Origin: Malacoraja senta
Lineage: Eukaryota
Length of the DNA stretch: 20,000 nt
NCBI GenBank assembly: GCA_038087875.1
Contig: JAXLNO010000279.1
Coordinates: forward strand, 50,387 to 70,386
Direction: 5' to 3'
Under the pieces are notes generated by a model, which was not told the DNA's origin, made no database searches, and worked only from the letters and a program-made list of their open reading frames with translations. Positions 18,544 through 20,000 of this stretch are shown one piece after another; positions within the stretch are counted from its first letter, which is position 1, and the number at the start of each line of letters is the position of its first letter. A program made the position numbers and the translations under genes.

Positions 18544-18631
18544 GTCGGGGGATGGGAGGACGTGACCTTTGACACCCTCCCCGCCCGCGAGACCCCCGTC
18601 CCGCGAGACCCCACTCACACTCTGCAGCTGT

Positions 18632-20000
18632 GGGAGGAGAGGGGGGGGAGAGAGAGAGAGAGAGGGGGAGAGAGAGGGGGAGAGAGAGAGAGGGGGGAGA
18701 GAGAGGGGAGAGAGAGAGAGAGGGAGGGAGAGAGGTGGAGAGAGAGGGAGAGAGAGAGGGGGGAGAGGGAGAGGGGGGTAGAGAGAGAGGAAGCGAGAGA
18801 GAGGGGGGAGAGAGAGAGGGGAGGGAGAGAGAGAGGGGGGGGGTGAGAGGGGGAGAGAGAGGGAGAGAGAGAGAGGGGGAGAGAGAAAGGGGAGAGAGAG
18901 AGAGAAGGGGGGAGAGAGAGGGGGAGAGAGAGAGGGGGGGAGAGAGGAGAGTGAGAGAGGGAGAGGGGGGAGAGAGAGATGGGAGGAGAGAGAGGAGAGG
19001 GGGGAGAGAGAGAGGGAGAGGGAGAGGGGGGAGAGAGAGAGGGGGAGAGAGGAGAGAGGGGGAGAGAGAGGGGAGAGAGAGAGCGGAGAGAGGGGGAGGG
19101 GGGAGAGAGGGGGTGAGAGAGGGGAGAGAGAGAGGGGGAGAGGATAGGGGGAGAGAGGGGAGGGGGGAGAGAGGGGGAGAGAGAGGGGGCGAGAGAGGGG
19201 GGGAGAGAGAGGGGGAGAGAGAGAGGGGGAGAGGGGGAGAGAGAGAGAGGGGGAAGAGAGAGAGGGGGGAGAGAGAGGGGAGAGAGAGGGGGGGGAGAGA
19301 GAGTGGAGAGAGAGAGGGGGAGAGAGAGAGGGGAGAGAGAGAGGGGGGAGAGAGAGAGTGAGAGAGAGAGGGGGAGAGAGAGAGGAGAGAGAGAGGGGAG
19401 GAGAGAGGGGGGAGAAAGAGGGGAGAGAGAGAGGTGGGGAGAGAGAGGGGGGAGAGAGAGAGGGGGGAGAAAGAGGGGAGAGAGAGGGGGGAGAGAGAAA
19501 GGGGGTGAGAGAGAGAGTGGAGAGAGAGAGGGGGAGAGAGAGAGAGGGGAGAGAGAGAGGGGGGAGAGAGAGAGTGGAGAGAGAGAGAGGGGGGAGAGAG
19601 AGAGGGGAGAGAGAGAGGGGGGAGAGAGAGGGGGAGAGAGAGGGGGGGAGAGGGAGGAGAGAGAGGGAGAGAGAGAGGGGAGAGAGAGAGGGGGGAGAGA
19701 GGGGAGAGAGAGGTGGGAGAGAAAGAGGGGGAGAGAGAGGGGAGAGAAAGAGGGGAGGGAGAGAGGGGGGTGAGAGAGGGAGAGAGAGAGGGGGGTAGAA
19801 AGAGGGGAGAGAGAGGGGAGGGGAGAGAGAGAGGGAGAGAGAGAGAGGGAGAGAGAGGGGGGAGAGAGAGAGAGGGGGAGAGAGAGAGGGGGAGAGAGAG
19901 GGGGGAGAGAGAGAGGGGGAGTGAGAGAGAGGGGGAGAAAGGGGGGTTGAAGGGAGAGAGAGGGGGAGAGACAGAGGGGGGGAGAGAGGGGGGAGAGAGA
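18632..20000. repeat. (GA)/G-run polypurine tract, >1.3 kb, runs off the window
   Basis: Almost pure purine with GAGAGAGGGGG units, giving triplex/G4 potential. Confidence 0.98.

Noticed and set aside
17356..19798. ORFs of poly-CV, poly-HT and poly-RE/GE
   Set aside because: Microsatellite artefacts. Only the two short unique islands were kept as candidate exons.

Overview
Repeat-dense vertebrate genomic DNA, most likely a cartilaginous fish (skate/ray/shark). This is inferred from an HE1-type V-SINE, HER1-like CR1 LINE tails and a Penelope-like palindromic repeat. No bacterial-type genes, CRISPR arrays or rRNA are present. Contents: (1) a 1.27-kb non-autonomous DNA transposon (578-1848) with short TIRs that carries TWO inward-facing copies of a THAP zinc-finger first exon, forming a fold-back; (2) a near-complete 5'-truncated CR1 LINE (zinc finger/SGNH-esterase ORF1, APE-endonuclease/RT ORF2) and an inverted, self-nested copy of the same family; (3) a truncated Passport-like Tc1 (DD34E); (4) L2, Rex1 and further CR1 fragments, a V-SINE, and Penelope-like repeats with hammerhead-ribozyme cores; (5) long simple-sequence tracts. 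Short unique islands between the repeats look like parts of an unidentified + strand host gene: a CpG-rich promoter with NRF1/CRE/ETS motifs and ATG|GT at ~6.3 kb, and candidate exons at 9441, 17576-17618 and 18483-18543. Family names come from my recollection of motifs, not from database searches.
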